From Treponemataceae bacterium (lineage in GTDB: Bacteria; Spirochaetota; Spirochaetia; Treponematales; Rectinemataceae): 64,000 nucleotides of DNA. This document shows positions 29,638 through 39,410 of this stretch, one piece after another; the first letter of the stretch is position 1; the number at the start of each line of letters is the position of its first letter. Below the pieces are notes generated by a model. It was not told the DNA's origin. It saw nothing but the letters and a program-made list of their open reading frames with translations, and did no database searches. The stretch is from NCBI GenBank assembly GCA_963677895.2, contig CAXXGJ010000006.1, positions 64,001-128,000 of the forward strand, in the 5' to 3' direction. Both the position numbers and the translations under genes were made by a program.

Positions 29638-31511
29638 GACATTTTCTCTTCAGAGATATCCGAAGTTTTCTGATTTCCCGATATGTTACCATGCATATGT
29701 CTCAATAGAGGCAACTTTATGACCATGATAGTCCCCTCCTTTCCGGATTCGCATTCAATGATCCCTTGATGCGCTTCGATGATATGCTGGCAAATAGATA
29801 AGCCTAATCCGCTGTTGTTCCTGCTGTTTTTCGTACTAAAAAATGGATCAAATATCTTGTCTATTATCTCCACAGGAATACCTGGCCCATTATCCTTGAT
29901 CGCAATTTCCGCAATGTTCTTATCGAACACCGTCGACAATCGTATTTCTATTATGCCTTTGCTTAAGAATGATTCCATGCTGTTCTTTATTAGGTTAAGG
30001 AACACTTGTTTTAACCTGTTTTCATCACCGTTTATAAGTATTGCCTCTGTTGGACGATTCCATATTATTTCGATATCGTTCTTCATAAGAATGTTCTTCA
30101 TGAAAGACAGAAGGCTTTCAATCGTATCAGCCACATTAACTTCTTTATACGGGGTACTTTTTATTTTTGTAAAAGAAAGGAGATCCTTTATAATCTCCGA
30201 CACTCTGTTCAATTCATTTCGCACCTTGTTTATCTTAATACGGTTATCTTCATCGCTAACATGTCTATCCAGCAATTCCAGATAATTGATGCATATCCCT
30301 ATAGGGTTGTTTATCTCGTGGGCAACACTCGCAGCCAGTTCAGCCACCGAGGCAATCTTCTCCGTCCTAATGAGATAATCATTAAATAGTCTTTCCCTTG
30401 TGATATCCTCCATTATGATGATTGTTCCCCAGAAGGTTAACTCCCCGTCATTGAAAGGGTACGAAGCGATTCGATATACAATGCCTTTGTTGTTTGAGAC
30501 TTCTCTCCAGAATCCTTCCTTCTTTTTTTTGATATTTTCTATGATCTCCACCGCGATAGGCATCGATTCGGTATTGAATACTTCATCGACTGCTATATCA
30601 TGTACTTCTTTTTCTTCCTTTCCGAGCATCTTTAAGGCAGGATTATTTATTATATAGGTATTGCCTATAGCATCTAAAACAATAACTCCTAGAGGTATAT
30701 TCTTGATGACTGTTTCGTTGTACTTCTTAAGATAAAGGAGTTCTCGATTATTCTGGTTGAGTTCATCCCTCGTTAAGACGAATGAATACGTCATTTTGAT
30801 GAGCTTGCCGCGATCTAGATTTTCGATGTCCTCTGTTCCTGAGATGCGGCCTTTATTCATGATGGTCACACGGTCAGATATTGCGAATATTTCATCAAAG
30901 TTGTGAGAAATATAGATTGCCGATTTATTCTTCTGTTTGCATTCCGATAATATGCGATAAACCGTCTCCATCTCGACTGGAGTCAGTTTATTGGAAATTT
31001 CATCGAATATTATGATATCAGGATTAATTGATATAGCTTTCATGAGCTCAACCATGAGTTGTTTGTCCTCTGGTAAAGCCCCTAGAGGCATACGAATATC
31101 TATATCAATTCCGAAGTGCCGAAAAAGCTTTTCTGTTTCCTGCTCCATCCTCGATCGTGCCAACATTCCTAAAAAATTGAAACTCATCCTTCCAGAATTG
31201 ATATATTCAGTGGCGTTTAGCGTCGGTACTATGTTTGTATTTTGATAGACTGTAGCGATTCCCATCTCTAATGCCAATCGCGGGGTCAGATTTTCGTATA
31301 TCTTGCCTTTTATAAATATTTCACCTTTTGTCTTTTTTATCGCTCCGCTAATTATCTTTATCAATGTTGATTTGCCTGCCCGGTGTTCCCCTACCAAGGC
31401 ATGGGCTTCCCCGCGTTTCAATGAAAAATTGATACCTTTGATGACTTCTATACCATTATACTCCGCATGAATATCGCGCATTACGATCAATAATTCTTCG
31501 GGATCACACAT
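29634..31511 (-). CDS. Fusion of a single CUT2 ABC ATPase domain, a PAS domain and a histidine kinase
   Basis: Walker A GEHRAGKST, Q-loop TVYQ, Walker B IIIFDE, H-loop YISH; PAS (NIPLGVIVLD..G....IN..A); H-box AHEINNPI, N-box QVFLNLIKNS, DNGPGI, IFDPFFSTK, SGLGLSIC. One continuous 625-aa ORF. Confidence 0.9.
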   Translation of the reverse strand: MCDPEELLIVMRDIHAEYNGIEVIKGINFSLKRGEAHALVGEHRAGKSTLIKIISGAIKKTKGEIFIKGKIYENLTPRLALEMGIATVYQNTNIVPTLNATEYINSGRMSFNFLGMLARSRMEQETEKLFRHFGIDIDIRMPLGALPEDKQLMVELMKAISINPDIIIFDEISNKLTPVEMETVYRILSECKQKNKSAIYISHNFDEIFAISDRVTIMNKGRISGTEDIENLDRGKLIKMTYSFVLTRDELNQNNRELLYLKKYNETVIKNIPLGVIVLDAIGNTYIINNPALKMLGKEEKEVHDIAVDEVFNTESMPIAVEIIENIKKKKEGFWREVSNNKGIVYRIASYPFNDGELTFWGTIIIMEDITRERLFNDYLIRTEKIASVAELAASVAHEINNPIGICINYLELLDRHVSDEDNRIKINKVRNELNRVSEIIKDLLSFTKIKSTPYKEVNVADTIESLLSFMKNILMKNDIEIIWNRPTEAILINGDENRLKQVFLNLIKNSMESFLSKGIIEIRLSTVFDKNIAEIAIKDNGPGIPVEIIDKIFDPFFSTKNSRNNSGLGLSICQHIIEAHQGIIECESGKEGTIMVIKLPLLRHMHGNISGNQKTSDISEEKMS

Positions 31512-31517
31512 TGAAAC

Positions 31518-32858
31518 TCACATGCTTAATCGTTTCATTCGGTTGTAAAGCGTTTTTCTAGTCACGTTCAATATTTCTGCTGCTTTAATCTTTACACCTC
31601 CGCTTTTTGATAATGCATCGAGTATCATCTCTCTATTGATTTCATCAATTGCGTCGCTATATTCATCGTGATCGATATCGTTGATCTGAAGATACTGCGA
31701 TGGAAGATCCAATAAACCTATAACAGGACCATCAGAAAAAATGACTGCACGTTCTACGCAATTCTTCAATTCGCGTATGTTTCCCGGCCAGTTATGGTGC
31801 GCAAACAAATTATAGACTTCATCGCTTGCGCCGATAATATTTCTATGATGAAGTGATGAAAATTCCTCGATAAAATGATCCGTGAGAAGACGTACATCGC
31901 CAGGGCGATCTTTAAGTGGTGGTAGATCAAAGTTTATCACCGATAGTCGATAATACAAATCTTCCCTAAAGAGACTTTCTTTGATCATCTGGACTAAGTT
32001 TTTGTTTGTTGCAGCAATTATCCTAATATCGACGGAAATAGAACCGTTCCCTCCAACGCGTTCAAATGTTCTTTCCTGGAGCGCTTGAAGAATCTTTGCC
32101 TGAGCCGCGAGTGACAAGTCACCTACTTCATCGAGAAAGAGCGTCCCATAATTGGCTTGTTCGAATCTTCCAATCCGAGTCTTTTTTGCATCAGTAAATG
32201 CCCCTTTTTCATAGCCGAATAGCTCGCTCTCAATAAGAGTATCCGGAATTGCTGCACAATTTACATGGACGAAAGGCTGTGCAATTCGATGGCTGTAATG
32301 ATGGATAGCTTTCGCAACAAGCTCTTTCCCAGTCCCGCTTTCACCTGTAATGAGTACAGGCGTATCAACATCTGCCGCTTTGCGGATAAAGAGTTTCATA
32401 TCAGCGATTTTTGGCGCATTTGAGATGATTTGGTCTAGGCCGTCTTTCTGTAGCTTTGGCTGCGCGTTAACGGTTATTACAAGACGGATTTCTTCGATAA
32501 GCGCCCTTAAATCCAAGGGCTTTGAAAAGTAATTTACCGCACCATATTTCATAGCTCGTACAGCGGTATCCACGGATGGATATCCTGTGATCATGATCAC
32601 GGGTGTGTTGGGTGAATGCCGCTTAACAGATTTTAAAAGATCTATCCCACCAATCCCTGGCATCCGTATATCCATCAGTATAAGATCGATATGTTCCTTG
32701 GATAAAAGAGCTTCCAGCTCCCTTGGGTCATCTATGAAAGTAGCTCGGTACCCCTCGTCCAAGAGGATTTCTTTGATAGACAAGCACATTTCCAATTCGT
32801 CATCAATAATTAAAATATGCGCTTTCGCTAAATCCATATGATGCATAATGGCTACCAT
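31518..32858 (-). CDS. Sigma54-dependent NtrC-family response regulator
   Basis: Receiver (IIDD, MDIRMP, SKP), AAA+ GESGTGKE, ESELFG, GAFTDA, LFLDEV, WPGNIREL, C-terminal Fis HTH. Confidence 0.95.
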   Translation of the reverse strand: MVAIMHHMDLAKAHILIIDDELEMCLSIKEILLDEGYRATFIDDPRELEALLSKEHIDLILMDIRMPGIGGIDLLKSVKRHSPNTPVIMITGYPSVDTAVRAMKYGAVNYFSKPLDLRALIEEIRLVITVNAQPKLQKDGLDQIISNAPKIADMKLFIRKAADVDTPVLITGESGTGKELVAKAIHHYSHRIAQPFVHVNCAAIPDTLIESELFGYEKGAFTDAKKTRIGRFEQANYGTLFLDEVGDLSLAAQAKILQALQERTFERVGGNGSISVDIRIIAATNKNLVQMIKESLFREDLYYRLSVINFDLPPLKDRPGDVRLLTDHFIEEFSSLHHRNIIGASDEVYNLFAHHNWPGNIRELKNCVERAVIFSDGPVIGLLDLPSQYLQINDIDHDEYSDAIDEINREMILDALSKSGGVKIKAAEILNVTRKTLYNRMKRLSM

Positions 32859-33757
32859 GACTGGATATTTAATATTTCTTCACGTGTTGGTATAGAAACA
32901 CTTGCACCTTCGCGCGACACACAGAGAGATGCTGCTATTGTAGCTTCCTCGAGCGCCTTTTCAGGTGGTTCACCTCGAAGCTCTGCAGCGATAAAAAATC
33001 CTGTGAACGTATCGCCTGCAGCAGTCGTATCAACCACCCTAACGTTACGCGACGGGAATTCTATATAGGTCCCGTCAGCCCCCATATACGTTACACCTTC
33101 AGATCCGAGCGTCAATACGATATTGGTTAAAGGGTAAGCCGCATGCAATGTTTTCACCATCGCGTCGACAGCCGATGTATTAGAAATTGCCCGGGCTTCG
33201 ACTTCGTTGAGAATGAGGCAGTGGATGCGCTTTAAATCAATGCCTACAAGGCGCTTGTCAATCGGAGATGGATTTAAGTAGATGTATAGACCTCTTTCTA
33301 TCGCTTTTTCGATCGCATAGGGCAATTCGGATATTTCATTCTGAAATAGAACAGAATCCCCGACACCCCATCCTGATAGAAAGTTCTCAATATCTTCTCT
33401 TGTTATCTTCTGGTTAGCGCCTCCGAAAAGAACAATTGAATTCTGCCCATCCTCTTGTACCTGGATGAAAGCTTTCCCCGTAGGTGTTTCTGATTGTATG
33501 ATTTTTGTAGTATCGACACCTCTTCCTTGCAGCGCCAGAAGAACTGGTTCAGCGTCAGGGCCTATTTTCCCAGCATGAAACACATTAGCGCCTGCGCAAG
33601 CGAGAGCTATAGATTGGTTATTCCCTTTGCCGCCGATGTTCCTATAAAATTTCATGCAAGCTATGGTTTCGCCAGGTGCAACAAAATGAGGTACTAAAAA
33701 TACTTCATCAAAATTAATCGAACCAATATTTAGGATCCTGTTTATATTATTACTCAT
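32852..33757 (-). CDS. rbsK: Ribokinase (PfkB family)
   Basis: GSIN.D, GGKG.NQ, TG.AFIQV...GQNSI, QNE, NE.EA, DTTAAGDTF. Confidence 0.9.
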   Translation of the reverse strand: MSNNINRILNIGSINFDEVFLVPHFVAPGETIACMKFYRNIGGKGNNQSIALACAGANVFHAGKIGPDAEPVLLALQGRGVDTTKIIQSETPTGKAFIQVQEDGQNSIVLFGGANQKITREDIENFLSGWGVGDSVLFQNEISELPYAIEKAIERGLYIYLNPSPIDKRLVGIDLKRIHCLILNEVEARAISNTSAVDAMVKTLHAAYPLTNIVLTLGSEGVTYMGADGTYIEFPSRNVRVVDTTAAGDTFTGFFIAAELRGEPPEKALEEATIAASLCVSREGASVSIPTREEILNIQSW

Positions 33758-33839
33758 ATATTTATCCCATGCCCTTTCTCTGATTGGGGAGAGTAAAAGT
33801 ATCGATTAATTGGAGCGAAGAAATACTATGACCAAAAAA

Positions 33840-33868
33840 AGTATCATTCTCATTATAGTTTTTGTCAA
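33840..33868 (-). promoter_or_regulatory. Sigma70-type promoter for the rbsK-regulator-sensor operon
   Basis: TTGACA-17 bp-GATACT on the minus strand upstream of rbsK. Confidence 0.55.
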
Positions 33869-33934
33869 GCTTTATTGATGTATTCTCAATCGGCATTTTA
33901 GTAAACCTTGATTGGCCCTGATAAAGCCACATTA

Positions 33935-34915
33935 TCAATTATTCGATGCGAGCATCAACGAAAGTTTCGCCCTGTACGTATCGAGAATCACGGCTCCGAT
34001 AATGATAAAACCGGTTATCATTTGTCGCGCAAAATCACCTATTCCAAGCAGCAACAACCCGTTGTTCAGCACACCCATGATACAGGCGCCAAGAAAAGTG
34101 CCGACGAGCGAACCTTTGCCACCGCTCATGCTTGTTCCACCGATGACAGCGGCCGCAATTGCGTTCATATCGAAACCGTTCCCCAATATCGGACTGGCAA
34201 TATTGAGTCGTAGCATATACATTATTGCCGCGATTCCGACAGTTCCACCGCAAATAGCGAAAGCGAAGATCTTATACATGCCTGTATTATGCCCGGAGAG
34301 CCTAACTGATTCTTCGTTATTTCCAATAGCGTAAATAAATCGCCCGAAAACTGTCTTCTGAAGGACGAATATGCCGGCGATCACAATGAGCAGCGCGATG
34401 ATAAAAATATAAGGTATTCCAATGACGGCACCGCTCCCGAACTTATTGAAGGATGGAGGGAAACTGAAGATCGTCCTTGAATTACTGACCTGTAAGGCGG
34501 CGCCACGGGCGATATTCATCATTCCAAGCGTCACGATGAAAGGATGTATCTTCCAACGCACAGTGAAGAAACCATTAAATATACCGCACAACGTTCCAAC
34601 AATTATACTGGCGAGTACCGCCGCTGGTATACTTATTATAGAAGAAACACCGGGGATATTCATGATCAAGCCGGCAATGACTGAACATAGCGCAAGCACC
34701 GCGCCTACTGAAAGGTCGATACCGCCGAGAAGGATCACTAGGGTCATTCCAACCGAGATCACCGTGTTGATGCTTATTTGAGTTAAAATATTAGTAATAT
34801 TCAGCGATGTTGCGAAATTGGGCGCAAAAATGGAGAACAACAACGTAAGGGCGATTAACGCTACGCCGATGCCGGCTTCCCGCAAGAGAAAGTACAGTAT
34901 TTTTTTTGATTTCAT
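33935..34915 (-). CDS. rbsC: Ribose-type ABC permease (copy 1)
   Basis: GGIDLSVG, FIVTLGMM, GRFIYAIGNNEESVRLSG, IAAAVIGGTSMSGGKG. Confidence 0.9.
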   Translation of the reverse strand: MKSKKILYFLLREAGIGVALIALTLLFSIFAPNFATSLNITNILTQISINTVISVGMTLVILLGGIDLSVGAVLALCSVIAGLIMNIPGVSSIISIPAAVLASIIVGTLCGIFNGFFTVRWKIHPFIVTLGMMNIARGAALQVSNSRTIFSFPPSFNKFGSGAVIGIPYIFIIALLIVIAGIFVLQKTVFGRFIYAIGNNEESVRLSGHNTGMYKIFAFAICGGTVGIAAIMYMLRLNIASPILGNGFDMNAIAAAVIGGTSMSGGKGSLVGTFLGACIMGVLNNGLLLLGIGDFARQMITGFIIIGAVILDTYRAKLSLMLASNN

Positions 34916-36444
34916 GGTTTCTCCTTACTTCGTTTTTCACTATCGTCTATAAACGCTTTGTAGGCATAAAACAGCACCTTCTCTTGATCAAAATCCTTTC
35001 GTTCAAATTCGCCTGTTACGCTGTTATTCGAAAAGACAAGCACTCTATGGCAAAGTCCAAGAACTTCCGATAAATCCGAGGAAATAACAATAATTCCCTT
35101 CCCTGCCTTCGCTAATGCCCACAAGAGTAGGTAGATCTCGTACTTCGCCCCAACATCGATTCCGCGCGTTGGTTCGTCGAAAATCAGAATGCGTGCGTCG
35201 TTGAATAGCCATTTAGAGATGACGATTTTCTGCTGATTACCACCCGAGAGATTCCTCACTAACTGTGATGAAGATGGAGTCCGTATCGACAGCTCATCGA
35301 TATACTTTTGGGCAACTACCCGTTCTTCTCGCTTATTCATCAACCCGAACTTCGACACCTTAGTAGGCTGCGTTATGGTTATATTCGCCGTACAAGACAT
35401 GTCGAGAATCAGCCCTTGATTCTTCCGATCTTCAGTTAAGAGTCCTATCCCGTTCCGCACCGCGTCCTTCGGCGATTTTATTTTAAGCTCTTTTCCATCG
35501 AGCCATATCGTCCCAGAATCCTTCGGATCGGCGCCGAAAAGGGCGCGCATCGTTTCCGTGCGTCCCGACCCCACTAGACCGGCAATACCAAGAATTTCCC
35601 CTTTTTTCACGTCGAAGGAAACATCAGTCGCGCTGCCACGAAAACGGAGATTACGTACTTTTAAAAGAGTTTCTCCTACAACGCACTCAGGATCGAAAGG
35701 ATATTCGGAGTTCATATCCCTTCCGACCATTTTCTTGACAATTCCGGAAATATCGATATTGGAAACAAACGTCGTATCAACGACACTTCCGTTTCTCAGA
35801 ACGGTGATCCGGTCGCCGATCTCAAATATTTCTTTTAAACGGTGGGATATATAGATGATAGTCACACCTTCTTTTTTCAAGGTTTTTATAAGAACAAAGA
35901 GCCGATCTATTTCCCTGGATGTAAGCGTTGCTGTAGGTTCGTCAAGGATTATGATACGGCTCTCGTATGCCAAAGCTTTTGCAATTTCTATTAGCTGCAT
36001 TTGAGCTATACCGAGCATCTCCACTGGCGTGTGGGGATCGATAGAAAGTCCTATTTTATCGAGGATGACCTTGGCATCGGCATAGATTTTCTCATAATCA
36101 ACTATTCCATATTTGCGTGGAAGTCGTTCGAAAAAAATATTTTCCGCGATTGATAAATAAGGAAGGAGATTAAACTCTTGGTAGACAATCCTGATCCCAG
36201 CCCTAATAGCGTCCTGCGGTCCTCGAGGAACGAACGGTTTGTTATCAAGGTAGAGGACCCCGGAATCCGGTTTGTTAATTCCACAGATGACTTTCACCAG
36301 ACTGGACTTCCCCGCTCCATTCTCTCCGACGAGGATGTGCACTTCTCCCCGTTCGATATTCATATTAACATTGTTAAGCGCCATAACGCCGGGAAAACTT
36401 TTATATATCCCTTCCAACCTCAGTATGCTTCTACTGTGATCCAT
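34912..36444 (-). CDS. rbsA: Ribose-type ABC ATPase with two NBDs
   Basis: GENGAGKS, DEPTA; second half GLVGSGRTE, LSGGNQQK, DEPTRGIDVGAK. Confidence 0.93.
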   Translation of the reverse strand: MDHSRSILRLEGIYKSFPGVMALNNVNMNIERGEVHILVGENGAGKSSLVKVICGINKPDSGVLYLDNKPFVPRGPQDAIRAGIRIVYQEFNLLPYLSIAENIFFERLPRKYGIVDYEKIYADAKVILDKIGLSIDPHTPVEMLGIAQMQLIEIAKALAYESRIIILDEPTATLTSREIDRLFVLIKTLKKEGVTIIYISHRLKEIFEIGDRITVLRNGSVVDTTFVSNIDISGIVKKMVGRDMNSEYPFDPECVVGETLLKVRNLRFRGSATDVSFDVKKGEILGIAGLVGSGRTETMRALFGADPKDSGTIWLDGKELKIKSPKDAVRNGIGLLTEDRKNQGLILDMSCTANITITQPTKVSKFGLMNKREERVVAQKYIDELSIRTPSSSQLVRNLSGGNQQKIVISKWLFNDARILIFDEPTRGIDVGAKYEIYLLLWALAKAGKGIIVISSDLSEVLGLCHRVLVFSNNSVTGEFERKDFDQEKVLFYAYKAFIDDSEKRSKEKP

Positions 36445-36503
36445 ATCATCTCTTCTCTGGTTTTGATCCGCGTACCTGACAAGCGTCGCGTAAAAGATTA
36501 CAA

Positions 36504-36534
36504 AGGCGTCGCCGAATGAAATTCAACGACGCCT
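36504..36534 (-). terminator. Stem-loop after the binding-protein gene (partial terminator or mRNA stabiliser)
   Basis: Minus strand aggcgtcgttgaat-ttc-attcggcgacgcct forms a full stem with G-U pairs. Confidence 0.6.
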
Positions 36535-36553
36535 ATAAACGCAGTACGATTTT

Positions 36554-37513
36554 TTATTTTTTTAGATTATCGATAGTTATCAATTTAACTGGAGTCTTCT
36601 GCCAACCTGTAAGCGAATTTGCCTTGGCTCCCGTCTGAAGCAACTCAAGGCCGATTTTGATAGCATTCGCCGCAAGATCACCGCCAAATTGATCGACTGT
36701 TGCGAGCACTTTGCCCTGCTTGATCAGGTCCTGCACCGCCGCGATATTGTCGAATCCTACGATTTTTATGTCTTTGCGGCCGGCGGCTTCGATCGCGCGG
36801 GCGGCACCAAGCGCCATTGAGTCATTCGCACACATAATTCCCTTAATGTCGGGGTGAGCGGTGAGCAGATTGGTTACGACCGTGTTGGCTTCTTCCGTCT
36901 CCCAATGAGCAGTAGTCGAGGCTATAAGGTTGAGGCGACCTTTCTTGATCGAGCGAAGGAATCCTTCTTTTCGTTGTTTGGCATTGTCCGCGCCAGGCAT
37001 ACCCTCGATTATCACAACTTTACCACCAGCGCCGAGGCTCTTAGCCAAACAATCACCGACAAGTTCGGCACCTTCAGCATTATCGGGGCCAACGAAGAGG
37101 AAGTTTTCGGGCAGTCCCGCTTCCTTGAGAGCTTTTTTATCCAGCGTGACATCAATATTGATAACCGGGATGCCCGCGTTGATCGCTTTCTTCACCGATG
37201 CGACCATACCCACAGAATCGGAAGGCGCAATAACGATAAGGTCGACTTTTCTCGCGATGAAGTTGTCCATCGCAGCCACTTGAGTGTCGATATCGGTTTC
37301 GGAATTCATTCCTACTGGTATTAGGGTGAAGCTACCATCAGCTGCGGCAAATTTCCGCGCCCCTTCTTCCATAGTCTTGAAGAATTCATTCGCAAGCGAC
37401 TTCATCACGAGGCCAACCACGGGTTTCGCGCTCACACTGCTAACGGAAGCGATGAAAAGAATGAGAGAAAAAAGTACAACCTTGCCCAAGAATCCGTTAA
37501 TTTTTCTGTTCAT
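36554..37513 (-). CDS. rbsB: Ribose-type sugar-binding protein (copy 1)
   Basis: Signal peptide; VMKSLANEFF, FVGPDN, ANDSMALGA, VGFDNI. Confidence 0.88.
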   Translation of the reverse strand: MNRKINGFLGKVVLFSLILFIASVSSVSAKPVVGLVMKSLANEFFKTMEEGARKFAAADGSFTLIPVGMNSETDIDTQVAAMDNFIARKVDLIVIAPSDSVGMVASVKKAINAGIPVINIDVTLDKKALKEAGLPENFLFVGPDNAEGAELVGDCLAKSLGAGGKVVIIEGMPGADNAKQRKEGFLRSIKKGRLNLIASTTAHWETEEANTVVTNLLTAHPDIKGIMCANDSMALGAARAIEAAGRKDIKIVGFDNIAAVQDLIKQGKVLATVDQFGGDLAANAIKIGLELLQTGAKANSLTGWQKTPVKLITIDNLKK

Positions 37514-37514
37514 G

Positions 37515-38768
37515 TTATTCTCCTCTCGAGGGATCTATCAGTGCCGGGTAGACGATAGTGCTCCAAAATTTGTCTTCATCAATGAAGTTTTGAATTGCCG
37601 CTTTCCGCGATCCGATCGGGCCCGCATCCTTGGTGTATGCAGTGCTTCTACCGTAATCCTGAGTCATTTCAGCGTTCACATCGACATAGACACCAAACAT
37701 TTTTTGCGGGGTTCCGTCGGCAGGAATGGGGCTGTCGTTCCAGGAAAGAACGATTGTAGGGTCGATGATGTAACCAACGGCTAGAACATCCCAAATGTTA
37801 GAAGGTGCCTTATTCTTATTTTTAAGCAGGAAAAGGTCTCTGAGCCCAGGGTAGGTAGTTTCAAGCACTTTGTCATAAATGGCTTGTGGCATCCCATGGG
37901 TATTGTCGTTGGCTTCCAGCCCGGAGATCATTTGGTTCCCATATATTTTATATGACTCGGAATTCTTGTCACCCCACTGAGCACGGACGGAGATCTTGGC
38001 GGCGTCTGGATCGGCCCACCAGTTGAACTCGGCAGCGGCAGATGAATTCCCTTTCAAGTAAAATGAGCCTCCCATATAGACGATCTCTTTCACTTTCGAA
38101 GGCAGAGTAGGATCTTTCATGATCGCTCTCGCAATATTAGTCGCAGGGCCGATCGCTGCGATGGTCACTTCCCCTGGGTACTTGTTGACGGTGTTTACGA
38201 TAAAGTCAACAGCATCTGTGTTGCCTTCGGGATCGGGAGAAGTAGGTCCATACACGTATTTATAGGTGGGATCCTTGCCATAGTAGAATTTATACACATC
38301 TTGCCACTTGGCCATGGGGTCAGTGTCGATACCGGTGTTTTTTTCGGGGTATTGAGCCTTCCGGAGGTACCCTGCGTATCCTACAGGCCCGGTTATCGCC
38401 AGTTCTGCGCTCAACACTTCAGGAATGGCGCGACTGGAACGTATACCGTAGCGGCTGCCTTCATAAATAGGTACTTTCGAGCCAATGATTTCTAGTTGAC
38501 GAACGCCAGAGGAGACACCATTGGGCATAGAACGGTTCCCTGCAACGACAGTAACGCCAAGGAGTTCCGTTTCAGGGGATTGATCGAGGACAATCATGGC
38601 GATTCCGTCATCAAAGCACTCAACCATGTCTGTGTCGAGGATCACTTTTCGCGCAGAGGCCTTCTTCACTTGCCAGCTGGCTTCCTGAGCGCCAACCACG
38701 GATACAAAGCACAGCGCGATGATAAGGCAGAACGCCTTAGTCCAGAAGCCCTTCATCATTTTATTCAT
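37515..38768 (-). CDS. Nucleoside hydrolase (IUNH family) with an N-terminal signal peptide
   Basis: ILDTDMVECFDDG, AIGPATNIA, YMGG, AAEFNWWADPDAA; signal-like MNKMMKGFWTKAFCLIIALCFVSVVGA. Confidence 0.88.
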   Translation of the reverse strand: MNKMMKGFWTKAFCLIIALCFVSVVGAQEASWQVKKASARKVILDTDMVECFDDGIAMIVLDQSPETELLGVTVVAGNRSMPNGVSSGVRQLEIIGSKVPIYEGSRYGIRSSRAIPEVLSAELAITGPVGYAGYLRKAQYPEKNTGIDTDPMAKWQDVYKFYYGKDPTYKYVYGPTSPDPEGNTDAVDFIVNTVNKYPGEVTIAAIGPATNIARAIMKDPTLPSKVKEIVYMGGSFYLKGNSSAAAEFNWWADPDAAKISVRAQWGDKNSESYKIYGNQMISGLEANDNTHGMPQAIYDKVLETTYPGLRDLFLLKNKNKAPSNIWDVLAVGYIIDPTIVLSWNDSPIPADGTPQKMFGVYVDVNAEMTQDYGRSTAYTKDAGPIGSRKAAIQNFIDEDKFWSTIVYPALIDPSRGE

Positions 38769-38823
38769 ATGCCTTCCTTTGTATTGATCATGCGATCAAT
38801 GCTCATTGAGATACATTCTTAAT

Positions 38824-38839
38824 AGCAAAAGCCATGCCA
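38824..38839 (-). promoter_or_regulatory. Sigma54 (-24/-12) promoter
   Basis: TGGCAT-GGCTT-TTGCT versus consensus TGGCAC-N5-TTGCW, about 55 bp upstream of the hydrolase ATG. Confidence 0.8.
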
Positions 38840-38995
38840 GACGGATAGAATTCTATTATGAATAAGTGAACCGGTTTTCATTGAAGATTTGAGTCCTGAA
38901 ACGATCAAAAAACCATAAGCTTTAGTCAACCAGAAAGAGGTTGTTGCCGGAGCTAAACGGAAGAAAAATTTTTGATAAAATCCATGTATTTTTTT

Positions 38996-39033
38996 TTACC
39001 CACGTGAGTAATGAATGGGTAATTAGTTACACA
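38996..39033. promoter_or_regulatory. Candidate enhancer (UAS) sites for the NtrC-type regulator
   Basis: Two adjacent near-palindromes, TTACCCACGTGAGTAA and TGGGTAATTAGTTACACA, about 160-190 bp upstream of the sigma54 promoter. Confidence 0.5.
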
Positions 39034-39154
39034 ATCACGGAAACATCAATCGTAGACTTATAAAGCACTTCACATAGCATATTCTTCAGGAGTAAAACTA
39101 GTTTAGTACCGGTTAGGATATCATCGATAAGTAAGAATAGCGGGCAAAAGAGAA

Positions 39155-39410
39155 CAGATTCGCTTCAATAGTCACGGCATCGCGTCCACGAGGTGCCAGG
39201 ACAAAATCCATTTCATTCCCCTCCTTATCGACGCGATTATATTAGGTACGAATGGCGTTCCAAACGAAAGAATTCGAGCACATCCCAGGCTCAAAAGGCT
39301 TCCCTCCACTCCGAGTTGTCCCTATCGTCGCGCAGTTTGGAGAGTTAGAAGCAGGGAAACCCTACCGAAACAAACCGCTTCGTTCTGTCCCCATATCCAA
39401 GAAGATCCAT
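39155..39410 (-). pseudogene. Relic of an AAA_14/DUF4143 ATPase gene
   Basis: Manual translation gives EWREAF*AWDVLEFFRLER and, in another frame, DKEGNEMDFVLAPRGR...IEA; both resemble this family, with stops and a large internal deletion. Confidence 0.5.
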
